Source: Marsupella aquatica (lineage: Eukaryota > Plantae > Marchantiophyta). Taken from it: 64,000 nucleotides of DNA. The notes below the pieces were generated by a model. That model was not told where the DNA came from. It saw only the letters and a program-made list of their open reading frames with translations, and made no database searches. Of the stretch, positions 25,937-38,709 are shown piece after piece. The stretch is taken from assembly GCA_973895155.1 (NCBI GenBank), contig OZ316894.1:25790709-25854708 (forward strand), read 5' to 3'. The position numbers were made by a program, and so were the translations under genes. The first letter of the stretch is position 1, and every line of letters starts with the position of its first letter.

Positions 25937-28839
25937 TTCCGAGCTAGCAAGGGCTCTAGAGGAAAGTTCCTTCCATCCGTCCGACTGTCTGCAGGGACAA
26001 GTATTGGGTGACTTAGGGGGACAGACCAATCTAGCATGTGTGAAAGGCTTAATGTTTGATGTGAGACTCACAAGGGGCTACGAGGTTAGGTCCGACTACG
26101 GAGCAACCCTCATTCTATGTGGACACCTCCACCACAATCTCGAGAGAAATACATCGGACCTGAATTCTACTTCTGAAGCTTACAACGAGTGTCATGGTTT
26201 TTATATCGAGGACACTGTTCATAGTCTTAAGAAAAAACACTCCCAAACCAATTTCTATGATACAATACGCCCGGCTCGACACAAATTGTAGCCACAAGAT
26301 ATCTATACGTTGGAATAAACCCTAGACTCCAATTGATGACAACGCCATCCATTCGTGATCAAGCATTATTGTGACACACCATAATTCAGAAAAGCTTCTC
26401 TTGAATGACCACTTCTACTACAGGAGATACGAACACCGAAAACCCAACTGAAATGGAAAAAAGGAGGGAACGGCACTAGACAGTCCTCGACCTCTTAGAG
26501 AGCGCTCGCGATGGCCACTCCTATGTGGAATCCGTCTGCCGCGTAGAAAGAGCAGCACCGCAAATCGTAGCTGAAACCGCGGCCATCTCCAACAACAAAA
26601 AATAGCGGCTGCAACGAAAAGAGAACATAGTTGCAAATCCTGCCCTGCTGCTCTGCTCCGAATGCTGTTCTTGGCCAAATGCAAAGCCTCGTCGCTTCGC
26701 TGATTCTCTTCCTACTGGTGCAGCCTGAACCTCAGCCCAAGCAAGCACATTCGGTGGGTAGTTTCTCTCGGTCTTCTTCCTCCACCTATCGTCAACTCAC
26801 TGCTCCTTACAATACACAGGGGGCTTGAAGTCCTTCTGCATAATTAGGAGTCATAGTCCGCACCTTAAACCTTAGCCATGGGGAGGTCAATCAAGTTCCG
26901 CAATGCCTAAAAAAACACCGACCACCTGACTTACATGAAATGTGCACACTCAGCACAGCAGCCAAACCTAGCAATGTGACAGTTGCAACCAGCAACTTAA
27001 CTCGGACGACGGGCTGAATGACAGTTACTTTCCAAAGCTCTCGTTGTCTTCGCACGCCCTCACACCACTCAACTGTTGAAGGGATTATAGAGCTCATTGG
27101 AAAATAGATTCAATCTTGGCATGGAAGACCAAGTGCACAGAGGAATAACTAGAAGCAAGCGCAACCGGACTACAAAGCTAATCTTGGAATCGACAGCAAT
27201 CTTACAATCAACTCAATCGGGCGAAAGATGAACGACAGCAGAACTGTGAAGACATACTCTATTGACTGCATCCAAAGGACTACAATGGCGCTTCTCACGA
27301 AGCTAGTTGGAAACCGGACCCAGCAGCGCATTGGAACAGATCGCAGCACACAGAAAATTAAGACACCATATTTACATTCACTAAAACAGACCGAAGGCAA
27401 TAAAGGAGACGCACAAACACAGACAATTCAACAAAGGAATATACAGGGCTATAGGCTAGATCTTACCATCAAGAACGCTACTCCTCAACTCGAATTCTGA
27501 TAATGCAGCCCGCGCGTCGCTGCCCCAATCCATAGCCCTTAACATTTCCCCTCTTCTTCCTCACAAACGAAGGACGAGCCTCACTGCCGACCTTTCTTCT
27601 CCACAGACAGAGACACGGAGCACCAGAGACAGCGAGTCAACCACGAGCAAAAGCAAGGGATGGCAACGAGCAGGAGGATCGACTCCTTCCAACTACGCCC
27701 ATCCTCCATCAACTACGACTAGCTTTACAACAACCTAACTTGGCCGAATAGCTTTACGGACCCATACACCACTTACCTTAGTTTACACAGTCTACTTACG
27801 TTTACACTTCACCTCAAAAGAGCCTAAAGACCACATAGTCTACTAAACTTTACCTCACAAACCATGCAATTACATTATACTATAGAATAGGAGGGATGGT
27901 AACACTCTATCCTCCCAAAAGAAAGTAGGGGAGGTTTTAATGAGGTTACATCCCCCCGCCAATTTCTTCTCCTTTTCATTAGGCCATATCTTAAAGATAC
28001 AACAATTACACTCCACATATACGGTAGACTTGTTGGTTGCACCATAACATGTTTCCACAGTACAACCAAGGGGGAGTGTTACAACCCAAGGTTGAGTCTA
28101 CCATTAACCTGGGTAAAACCTCCTCTGCCACGCAACAAAAACCTACTTTTCCATAGCGATTGAAGCTCGTAGTCTAATGCTTTAATCTACGTCCTAAGTG
28201 AAAGTTTGCAAATCAAGCAAGGTGACCCTGTTTGAATATTAGGCGACCATCAAGCTCCACCCCTCCTTTCTCACTACTGTTCCCCCATGTGGCCTGTAAG
28301 TCTCTTCCCGATGTTCCCCTTTATCTTACTCTTTTAAAGGCATACCTCACGAGTAGAATCTCCAGGTAAACTAAGAAAATGATGATATATCCCAAATGGT
28401 ATGTGAGTGACTTAACAAAATTCATTCTTGTTGGCTAAACTTAGTTATAGTTGCAACTTCCACAATAGTTATAGAAATGACTTCCCAAGAATTCTCCAAA
28501 ACTCAGTCCAACACTTGTAACTAAAATGACACCAACAACCTAGGAGTCACAAATTTTGGAAGGTCTCACTGGAGTCACTTAAGGCAGGGTCTCAGAATGG
28601 CCCAGTTTCTTCTAGTGCAGGTTTAGGATTCGCTGGAACTTTTGTACTACCCTTTAGTGGACTTCTAATGCCCCCTGCATCATCCCACATCCATGTGACA
28701 TCATACAATAGTAACATCAATGCCTTTGTATATGTCAAATAGTGGATACCAATTGCAATCTAACTTGCAATGTGACCATCTTCACAGAATGCCCATCTCC
28801 CAGCCAAGTATTGTTTATTGTTTCATAAGTGTAACTTAC

Positions 28840-30063
28840 CAGATGCTTTGCCGACACTCTGTGGATAAGAGGCAGGCTCAACTACCTGTACATCTTCCCC
28901 ACCAGCCAACCAATCAGGCTCTGGCCATTGCTCAGAACCATAGGCTATAGTTGTCCCTTGTCCTGCCTCTACTTCAGGTTCATAGTAAACCTCCTTGTCA
29001 GTTACTCCCCAATCAGGATGGACAGAATCTGCAGTCACATAATTCAGCACTTTAATTAGGTCTTTAACATCACACTAGCATACCCTTTATATATTTCCAA
29101 AGTAATTTACATAAATGCCAGATTTGAAGGGCAATCCCTACTCACATCTCCAATCGTCTCCTGTTGCTCCATACTGCTCAGTATGTTGTGTTGGTCTACC
29201 TTGGCCCCGTGTAATGTGTGGTGGTGGTGGACCCGTAACATACACAACAGTGTGCCCAGCAGGTGGTGGTGGCCCATACCTATCCACTTGTGGGGCTGCT
29301 CTCCCCTGAGAGGGTGCACTGTGTGTTGGTGGTGCACCATACACCACAGTGTACCCCTCGCTGCGTGGGGTTGCTCTAACCTGACCTGCACCTGTGCTGT
29401 GGGTATGTGTTGTTGCTCTACTTGCAAAGGAGGGTGGGATGTGCCCACCATGTGGTGTAGCTCCATACACAACAGTGTGACCACCTACACCAACAGTTGT
29501 TGTTCCATACCCACTGCTCTGTTGGGTTTTACCTGGAGGTGGAGGTGGTATGTGCCCAGCACGCCCCACTGGTCCGAACCCACATGCAATGTAATGCACT
29601 GTGCTTCACCCTCCAGATGTTGTTGTACTGTGCCCACGGCCCATACCCCGAGAAGCAAGTCCACCTCTCTTAGCCTGCAAGAACATATGTGCAAGGACAA
29701 TAAACCTATTAAAAGAAGTATCTTCCTCTGACTTGCCACACTCACATGAGCCAAACATATCACTACTGTGATACACTACTTCAACACTTCATTACCACAA
29801 TTTTGCTGGGCTCCACAACAGTATGCTTGCCCTGCCCATATTCTTCATCATATGCATCGGGCTCCTCCTTTGGATAGTACTCTACATCATCAAATTCCTT
29901 ATGGTTTTCACCGGACCCAACATCTTGCCCATCATTTGCAGAATCTGCCATCGATGGAATGTCCTTCACTGCCAATCTCTCACTGCGTCGCCGAGGTCCA
30001 CTTGCACTGTCATTGATGCTTTGCCTAGCCCTTTTCTGCACTACACTTCTCCTATCTGGGAGC
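28840..30063 (-). CDS. CACTA accessory gene C, multi-exon, Pro/Gly/His-rich repeats, partly paralogous to gene B
   Basis: ORF pieces 29781-30098, 29138-29599 and 28823-29050 are bounded by cag|...|gt sites. RRSERL...P.MA...EY(Y/F)P.E and QSSGY are shared with gene B. G(H/Y)TVVY repeats three times. Confidence 0.5.
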
Positions 30064-30538
30064 CTGCATGCCATCCAAAAGCAACATCCATTGAACAACT
30101 CTAGTAAACATAGCTACATTCATTCCAATTAATGAGCAAAGTCTGGATAGGTTCTGTGGATGATAATTGTTCCCTTACAAAGCGGAAAATCCCTGTCTGA
30201 GCTCAGCTCCCAAAGCTGCCAGCCTCTCATCAACATACGTTGCACGTATCATGGCTTGCTTTTCAGACTCACTCATCTCATCATCATCTTCTTCCATCCT
30301 ATTCAATGACAAACATTATTGCATACGCATGATGCCAGGCTCAGCCTCTACAAATGGCTCCTCACCCTCCCAAGCATCCACCCGTGTTAGAGGAACATAC
30401 TCTGTGCTTGTCTGAACAGTACCAACGTCTCCAGTACGTGGTTGTTCAAATGCACTATGTCTATCTAAATGGAACTCTAGCTTTGACCCTTCTACCCTAC
30501 GATTTATGGGCTGCTTATGACACACTACCCTCCAACGT

Positions 30539-32015
30539 TGTCGGGGGAATCTTTAGTTCTTGGGAAGCACCAAGCTCTTGTTTTTCCTATCTTGGAAGAA
30601 ACCTTTCCAAAATACGTCTTTTCTCACCTCACATTACCCTTGCGATCCTCTTTGTCGATCAATTTCTCTCACCGTTATCCTCTAAAATATCTCTCACAGC
30701 CTTTGTCCCACTCTACGATGAGCGGCTTCCTCACACTAAGCCTCGAATCGGCCTATCCTCTTTCCACATAACTTACTTCCCAAGTCAAGTCATAGATTGC
30801 AATTTCCAACGAATCCTACAATTAGATAAGTCAATTATAGAAAACAAAGACTATGATCTTAAGATTTACCATAGATGATATAATCACAGGCTCTGGCATC
30901 CTAAGCATAACATTGTATCTTTCATCTCCATACTTTCTAACTAAAACATCTCTATAATCAACCTTCTTACGGCATACCACTCTAATGTCAATAGATGAAG
31001 GAAAATCAGACACATTATTAGGAAGCCTATTCAAATCTAACTCCGGTATATTTACGGATTGTCTATTAAAATCCATCTAATATAAAATAAAAATAGTTAC
31101 ATTCCATTCATTTCCATAAACAACAATCGGGTATACAAATGGTGCATCGCTATTTATAACTGTTTCCATTAACTCAAACCCAAAATGATAAAGAAGATGC
31201 ATTCTCATGGTATGCTTGCTAAGACAATGAATTCTAATTAAGAAAGGATTGACAAATGGCACAGCAGGTGGAGGGTAAACTCTAGGTACTCCATTTATCA
31301 TATTATTCATTACAAGCACACTAAATTGATCTCAAGACTAATAAACATAAAACATAAAATAGTTCTAAGGCTAACAATCAAGTTAGTACCCAAGCATGGA
31401 GGTAAATAATAAACAAGACATGTGCACAAGAGGGGAACAATTCCTTACAGTGTTGCGAGTCCGACACGATAGATCAAACAAATGCGAATGTGGAGAGTGT
31501 GCTCCTCTTCACTTTATTTATAGTGCCCCTTTGTGTTTTCCAAGAGGGCATGGATCGATGCCTTGACCCTTGGATGGAAGCCAAGTGGCAAACATCAAGC
31601 ACCTATAAGTGTGCTAGTACTATTCATAGTTGGTGAAACTACCATGCGTAGTTGGTGGAATTATTACGCGTAATTGGTGGAACTACTATACGTAATTGAT
31701 GCAACTACTATGCGTAGTTGGTGAAACTACTATACGTAATTGGTGCAACTACTATGCGTAGTTGGTGAAACTACTATGCATAATTGGTGCAACTACTATG
31801 CGTAGTTGGTGGAATTACTATGCATCTAGTTTGTAAAACTACTATGCCTAAATGGTGGAACTACTGTGTACCATTGTAAAATATACATACTACATATAGA
31901 ATGTAACATATATGCTCTAATAGTACTACTATGAAGCTTTTAAGTAAAACCCTCTTCACATAAACTCAAATAACATAATATGGATTCTTGCCTTCTAAAA
32001 GGAATCCCCACGACA
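30539..32015 (-). mobile_element. Solo-LTR-like insertion (1,477 bp) in tnpD
   Basis: TGTCGGGGGAATC...GGAATCCCCACGACA termini with a 4-bp TSD ACGT (30535-30538, 32016-32019). Excision restores the tnpD frame. Contains a ~20-bp tandem array and TATAAATAAA on minus (31513-31522). Confidence 0.85.
31626..31870. repeat. ~20-bp tandem array (tagttggtg(a/g/c)aactactatgcg), ~12 copies
   Basis: Direct inspection; no unique spacers. Confidence 0.93.
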
Positions 32016-35000
32016 ACGTGGGTTCTCTTCCACATCCAAGAAGAAGGCCTGCTCCACCTGACTGGGATACACAATTTAAGGCTGCTCCCATTCGAGCAAC
32101 TTGGACTTGAAATTGGCAAGGAGAAAGCCATCCGGGTCTCTTTTCATACTGGCCCTGTTACCACGCCACACTTGTCTTACCCATTCACCCTTCATCAAAA
32201 TTATAGGAGTGGATGTGGCTCCATAGTCAAGAAGCCAGATATCACTTAGTTCTCCTACACACCCCATCTGCAACACTCCTCTACTTTCATCAGGGCTCTC
32301 ATGCTGAAATACACAAATGAGCCCGCAATCATATGTTACCCTGGAAGAATTTGTTTCATCTCTCACTCTATAGTGATTGTCATATGCTGCCATCCATTTG
32401 TAAGACTTTACCAGCAACCGTGGAGGATTGGACAGGAGATAGACATCTGCATCCATATTAGGATGGCTTGCATGATGCTCTCGAACTGTGCATCTCAGCC
32501 ATTCTGACATGCATGGGAATGTGGCAGACATGCTTGATTGAATAGCCTTCTGTGCCTCGTACTCTCTACACATACAAGTGCATGGATTTAGCAATCAGAG
32601 TACACATTTTATACATGTCTGCAATTTAGAAACCAAGGGTAGCAAAGAAAATTGAAAACAAGTTACATACAGGGAGACCAAAGTAGGTACTCACTCCAGC
32701 AGGGTTGCATTGCATCAGTGTTTTCTAGAACGTACTGATGAGCCAAGTCTCTAATTTCGATGGTCAGCTTCACTGTGGTTGCAGCACCTTGTAGGACTTC
32801 CCCAGACACCCTTTCTTCTTCATCAAAATTCCAAACTTGCCTTGTCACATGCTCGTAATCTGCTAGGTACTCTGTGATGTAGCCCAGAGTTTCATCTTTT
32901 ATATAACCCCGAGCCATACTTGCCTCTGGCCTATAGTAAGATCGCACATGACCCTTCATCAACTTCATGTACCGCTCCAGGGGGTACAACCAGCGTGCTG
33001 TCACCGGCCCGTACTAGTCTATTTCTTCCACGACATGGATGAGCAGATGAGTCATTACATCAAAGAATGCAGGCGGGAAATATATTTCAAGATCGCACAA
33101 CAATAGTGCCACATCTTTCTTCAATTGGGGAAACTGTGCAGCATCCCACACCTTCACACAAACTCTGCGAAACACATCACTCAGACGCAGTATAATTTTA
33201 CGCACAGGCTCTTGCATGAGGCCCCTCAGGCACAATGGCAGGACTTGTTGCATCATGACATGGTAGTCATGGGTTTTCATACTACCAAATTGGAATTTGT
33301 TATCCTTCACATGCCTCTTGAATGCACTAGCATAATCTGTAGGAGCTCGGAGTGAACTCAGCCTTGATAAGAAGGTCTGCCACTCTGTGTCTGTGCAACA
33401 ATATGGTGCTTGGTACTTCAAAAACACATTTGCCCTACTCTAGTGTGTTGTAAGCCAAAGGTGGGGTCGAATTCCCCTATCCTGTAGATCCATACGTACA
33501 GAGCCCGTGTCCTTTTCTCCACTCAAAAATTGGAGTAGACTCTCGCATATGTTCTTCTCTATGTGCATAACATCAATATTATGTTTGTTTGGATCAAACT
33601 CTTGCAACTCCAAAACATCAAGCAGTGAGCAAATCTCAATCTTCATAATACATACATACTACTTCATACAATCTAACAACTAAATTGACTGTATCACATA
33701 TATGGGTTGTTGGGGAGAGGAGCTACTCGCCAATACTCCAGTTGCAAGTCCAAAATGGACTGTCATTTCACACCATACAACCTTGCAGGATCTCGTACTC
33801 CATCCTCTGCTCCTCCATCTGCATCATACTGTGCCTTGGCAGCCCCCCAAGAACTTATTTGCTCCTTCTTCACTTGAGGTGGGGGACTGCGGAGCTCCGT
33901 GCGCTTGTTAAAATGTGCTATAAGATTGGGTCTACGTCTGTAAGGGTGATCAGAGGGCAGATATCGACGGTGACCAAGGTATTTGATACACTTCAAGGAC
34001 TTTGAATAGTCATTTGTCACATGGGGGCCACATCTTGTGCAAGCTAAATATCCTTTCCCAACCTGGCCTGCAATCATGCTATGGGCAGGGTAATCTGCAA
34101 TAGTCAACATTACAATAGCTCTAAGCAAGAATGGATTGGCTTCACCAATCCTCTGCAGCATATCATATGTGAGCACTCCAGTGTACCATAGCTTTCTCAG
34201 TTCCTCTACTAGAGGAGCAAGATACACATCTATATTGGTTGCAACAGCACTGTCTGGCCCTGGAATCAACAATGCCAACATTACAAAGAACCGCTTTGTA
34301 GTCAACCATGGGGGAAGGTTGTAATTCAAAAGGGTTACAGGCCAACAAGAGTACGCATTGTTCTTCTCGCCAAATGGGTTCACCCCATCCAATGATAACC
34401 CAAGCCTAACATTCCTTGTCTCCCTAGCAAACTCAGGATACGCATCATCAATCAACTTCCATTGCTTTGAATCTCCAGCATGGCGTTGTAGCCCATCTCA
34501 ACTTTTGTTCTTAGTTGTCCATGTATCAACTCTGATATGGCACGGCTCCTGAACATTCGCTGCAGTCTGGGAATTATAGGAAAGTGACGGAGTACTTTTG
34601 CAGGTTGCTTGGACTTCCCATTGTTCCGGTACATGTGCTTCCCACATGTAGGGCATGTCAACTTCTTCTGATGTTCGTTTCTGAAAAGAACATGCCCATC
34701 AGGACAGACATGTATTGACTCATAGTTCAGCCCAAGTTTTGATATCAGTCTCTTTGCCTCGTACATGTTTTTTGGCACTAGATTACCTCCTGGTAGCATT
34801 GTTTTTTGCAAGAAGGCCAGAACGTCAGACACAAAGATGTTTGGCACATTGTGGTTCCCACAAATATTCAGAAACATTAGCACAAATGCTAATTTGGAAC
34901 AATTGCTTCCTGGGAACAGCGGATTGAAGGCCTCCTGAACTTTTGTTGGGGAGCCAAACATGGTGTCCTCTCCAGCTGTAGCCTGTTGCCCAATCTCAAA

Positions 35001-35865
35001 CTCATCTGAAGACTCGTGGTCATCACTCGGTGCGGTCTCAAACTCTTCTGCATCTTCCATGTCCTCCCGCATTGCATCCATGTCCTGGAAAATATCCTGC
35101 ACCATTTGCTGAACATTGATCCCTTCGTCTGCAGGCTGCTGAAGGACTTCGGACCCACCCAGTTGAGTCATCACATCTGCCAACCCACCAGTGAAGAACT
35201 GGTCTCGCCTTGCACTATTTGCATTCTCAAAGTCAGCCCTCCATTCCTCATCTGAAGAATAAGCCTCATTCGGATCGTTTGTAACACGCCAACGAGGGTG
35301 TCTCCCATGAATTGCCAAGTGCCCATGAATCTGCCTCAAGACTCTGGTGTGGGAGCCATTGCATTAAGTGCAAGGACATCTCATTCGTGAAATTGGACCT
35401 GACCGTGCCACTTTGGCCTGTTCCCGATTCCAGAGCTTCTGGTCGTGTTGGGAAACCCTCATTGGATGATGTAGAGGCAACCTGGCAGATGTTGGATGGG
35501 TCCAAGGGGGAGGGTGACCTACAGACACTCTTCTAGACTCCATCTTAGAGTTCTAAGTGTTCCTATGTTCACACTATCTACCAAAACATATGACATGATA
35601 TAGTGTAATAAATCATGCATAGACTTTCTACAACCACCAAAAAAAACAAGAAAGGTTCCTGAATCGTGTACCTATTCTCAGGTCACACTGTAACAAAATT
35701 CCTAACTGTCTCAGGGTGTCACCTCCTTTGCTGTCCTCACTTATACTGCCTGAGTCTGCAATGGCCAACCAAGCACGTACATCCATGACCATATTAGAGT
35801 CCAATCACCTATAGTCATAGACAAACGTGCCTGGTGTGAGAGCAGTATGAGATCTCCTCACGTTA

Positions 35866-36474
35866 TTACCAGAGTTCATCTGGATACCCACCCTGTTCTC
35901 GATGGTAGTCACACCTGAGGTACACTGGCATGTACATCAGGTCATCAAGGAGTATGCCCTGGGCATACCAGGGTGGGGTTCGATCTGTGCCTACAAGAAG
36001 TGGTTCTAATGCCCTCCACTGGGGGGAGCTAGCTACCAAGTCCCTCCATTGTGTGCTAATTAGTCTATATTTGCAAATGTCTTGTGCGGTTGACCACAGA
36101 AGAATTCTGGGCCACACATCCGACAGCATTATATCATCTGGCAAACCAGGCAACAAGGAAGTCCCCACAACATTCTGCTCTTCAATTTCATCTGCTGAAA
36201 AATAAGATTCATCGTCTCTTGCATCCTCAGGCGGTGTTGAAATATGTTTCAACACCAACCCATGCAGGAGAGTCCAAACAGTGGCCAACCATGTGGCAAC
36301 CCGGAGGAGGAGCCTACATAACGCCTGTTGATGTAGGAAAGGCAACATACCCACCAAAGTTTGCCGCCAAGATTTGAGCCCACCCAGTAAGTTTACAGTG
36401 ACAGTACCCCCAGGCAGCAAGAAACCACAATCCGCCAACAGTAAAATAAGTCCAACTGCGACCAACCATAACAA
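35866..36474 (-). CDS. F-box domain protein carried by the CACTA element
   Basis: SLLPGLPDDIMLSDVWPRILLWSTAQDICKYRLISTQWRDLVASS fits the plant F-box pattern LPGLPDD...R.(V/I)S..WR.L..S. The true start is uncertain. Confidence 0.75.
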   Translation of the reverse strand: MLWLVAVGLILLLADCGFLLPGGTVTVNLLGGLKSWRQTLVGMLPFLHQQALCRLLLRVATWLATVWTLLHGLVLKHISTPPEDARDDESYFSADEIEEQNVVGTSLLPGLPDDIMLSDVWPRILLWSTAQDICKYRLISTQWRDLVASSPQWRALEPLLVGTDRTPPWYAQGILLDDLMYMPVYLRCDYHREQGGYPDELW

Positions 36475-36650
36475 GCTACGTTAGTTCAAATATCACATTT
36501 ATTTCAAAGATGTGATTTGTACACAAAGCTTGTCTCAAAACTGATGCTACTACGTACTCCTCACTCTGATTCAGAATCGCTAATAACCTCTTCCTCACTT
36601 GTTGTCACATAGTTTTCACTTTGAGGATCCTGACCCTTCCGTGGCCAGGC

Positions 36651-37434
36651 CTAAAAAAGATCATAGTCCATTGGGTTTTGATGCTTCCCAGCTGCTACTG
36701 ATTCCACAAGCCAAGCATATGAAACCACAAACACATTATGGGACATGACATAAAAGCGAATGTCACCCTTCCCAAACTTGCGGCAGGCTTTGGGATATGA
36801 CTTAGTAATGACATGAGTGGTGTCCTCTGTTATATTCTCCTCCACTGTCCCACCTAGGTCAAGCACTGTGGACTTGTACACTTTGCACTTAACCTCTCCA
36901 ATTCCCGCCTCCACAAAAACCATGCTCAGCCCTTTTAGAATGGGGGTTGGTTGCTTCATCTCCTCAGCCAACATACTCTTCAGCCTTCTTGAGCTTTGTC
37001 CTTTGTTGAGTACAGGTCCATATTGGACATCAGCAAGCCGTGCCTTTGCTTCCCAAACTTCTTGTTCAGCCCCAAGCTGATGCAATAGCATCTTCATCCT
37101 CCCACAGTTCATATTGCTCAGTATCCTCTCCAATCTGATGTGCTATGGAATCTGTGATCCAAGAGGCCTCAACTACTTTTAGGCCTCGCTCAGTAATGGT
37201 AGAATTCATGTAGGACCATGACCATTTCTTTATCACTGATAGCCATGTCCCTGCAACAACATGTGTAGTCTTTGGAGTGATGTCCTGCACTACAGTGCCA
37301 TGGAGCTCAGAGAATCGTTTCTATACAGTTGGCCAATGCACTTTGGTCAACCCATGCTGGCCATGGACCAAAATGGCTCTGACCCCTGTAAACATTGCTG
37401 GGTGGTCACACTTTCTACGTTTCCCAAGCTCCAT
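36651..37434 (-). pseudogene. Tandem BRCT-domain protein carried by the CACTA element (one stop, one frameshift)
   Basis: ATG at 37434, MELGKRRK. Repeat 1: MFTGVRAILV...ELHGTVVQDITPKTTHVV...VVEASWITDSI. Repeat 2: ILKGLSMVFV...DLGGTVEENITEDTTHVI...VVSYAWLVESVAAG. Both have the BRCT GG/THV/W-x-x-(D/E)S signature. Confidence 0.8.
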
Positions 37435-38030
37435 GTACACACACCCTACGTGATCGGAGTGAATATTGGAAGAGTGGGTTCACCTGCCAATAGAAGGACA
37501 CCAAAATTCCTGCTTTTTAAGTTGATCCGGTCCACTGTTGCTCAACTCCAATTTTGATAGGTACAGGGGATATGTGAACAATAAGTACTAGGCACTTGCA
37601 CCGATGCAGGACATTGTTTGAGTATATACTAGGAAATCCATATCAAAGGTGAAATGAAGTGCAACCAACTTGTCATGGCCGCACATACATATTTTGTTGT
37701 AAAGGAGGATACATTCAATGACAAACTTATAGGGCAATTTGATTAATTGCATGCCTGATAATTTATATGCTTACAACTTTGAAGTCCTGTTTTAATTTAG
37801 CAGTCTAATGAGAGTGTTTGTGAAAATGACCACTCAGCCTAAATACTTCCAAGAAGGCTTGTAAGGATAAGTTTTTATAGGCATGTACCTAGCCACTGAC
37901 GCTAGAGCACAAGATAAGTGCTGCCTATACAAACTTGCCTACCCAACTCCTTTTCAAAATTGGAATCTCTGCAATCCCCAAAAAATAGTACACCCACATC
38001 AGGTGCCATGTGCATGTACAATGTTCAGCT

Positions 38031-38709
38031 TCACAGCCAAGATATGTGATCTCTCACAGGAGTGCGCGAGGTAGGATCAATGGCATGGCAATGACAATAA
38101 AATATCCATCGATCAACACCATGTGCAGAGTGATCATAGATTTCTCTATCACAAGCATAACCCTCTGCTTGACGATCTTTCAAGCAATGATAGTGCCACA
38201 TAGTGGGACATCTAGCACAGTGGACTATGTCAACCCAGTACTCATCATCATACTCACCGCATGCCTTGCACCTATGAAGTGGGCAAGTTGTGGCATGAGC
38301 AGGCAAACACTCAAAACAGAAAAACCTCACACAAAAACGGTCTGGACATTTCCTAACATCCGGTGCAGCATCAACAGAGCCCTCATAGGACCCCAACTTC
38401 CCACATTGTGCACACTTAGCCTGCTTCTCCAAACAATCAGTGCACATCCAGTCTCCCTAGTGTGTTGACGGGAGGCCCACCCCTGGACAATTGTTTTTTG
38501 CAGCAAGGTGAGACTCCGGGTTGAGGTGGAAATGCCTCATGCAAGGGCCCTCACAGATGACCAAGCTCCCACCATCATCACAAATGGCACAACAATGAGC
38601 TGCCTTTTGGAAAATCTGTCTTGCAGAGAAGTGAGTAACGTGTGGCCCAGGTACCTGTGTTGCTCACCTCTATCACACGCTTTTTTGCTGGAATTTTGGG
38701 GCGTGCCAT
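38031..38709 (-). pseudogene. EDM2-type composite PHD finger protein carried by the CACTA element (one in-frame TAG at 38457-38459)
   Basis: CAICDDGGSLVICEGPCMRHFH...W.CTDC...CAQCGKLGS...C...C.RFF...CPLHRCKAC...CARCPTMWHYHCL...RWIFYC..HAIDP...TPVRDHI reproduces the order and spacing of the plant EDM2 PHD region, ending TP(V/I)RDH. Confidence 0.85.

Larger units (their letters stand above)
30316..35543 (-). pseudogene. tnpD: CACTA TnpD-type transposase with stops, frameshifts and a nested insertion
   Basis: CPCT*CNG...HL, YESIHVCPDGHVLF...CPTCG...KVLRHFPIIPRLQRMF, RNVRLGLSLDGVNPF...SCWPV, DVMHIEKNICE, MKTHDYHVMMQQVLP, FFDVMTHLLIHVVEE, RWLYPLERYM. The C-terminus ENP|RWRVVCHKQP is rejoined across 30539-32015. 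Confidence 0.95.

Noticed and set aside
28068-28540. PPT-like AAGGGGGAG followed by TGTTACA, a possible copia LTR remnant inside the CACTA
   Set aside because: No partner LTR, TSD or coding remnant found, and the right end is ambiguous.
31626-31870. Regular short repeats (also 9592-9710) as a CRISPR-like array
   Set aside because: Head-to-tail repeats with no unique spacers, inside LTR-type sequence in a eukaryotic context.
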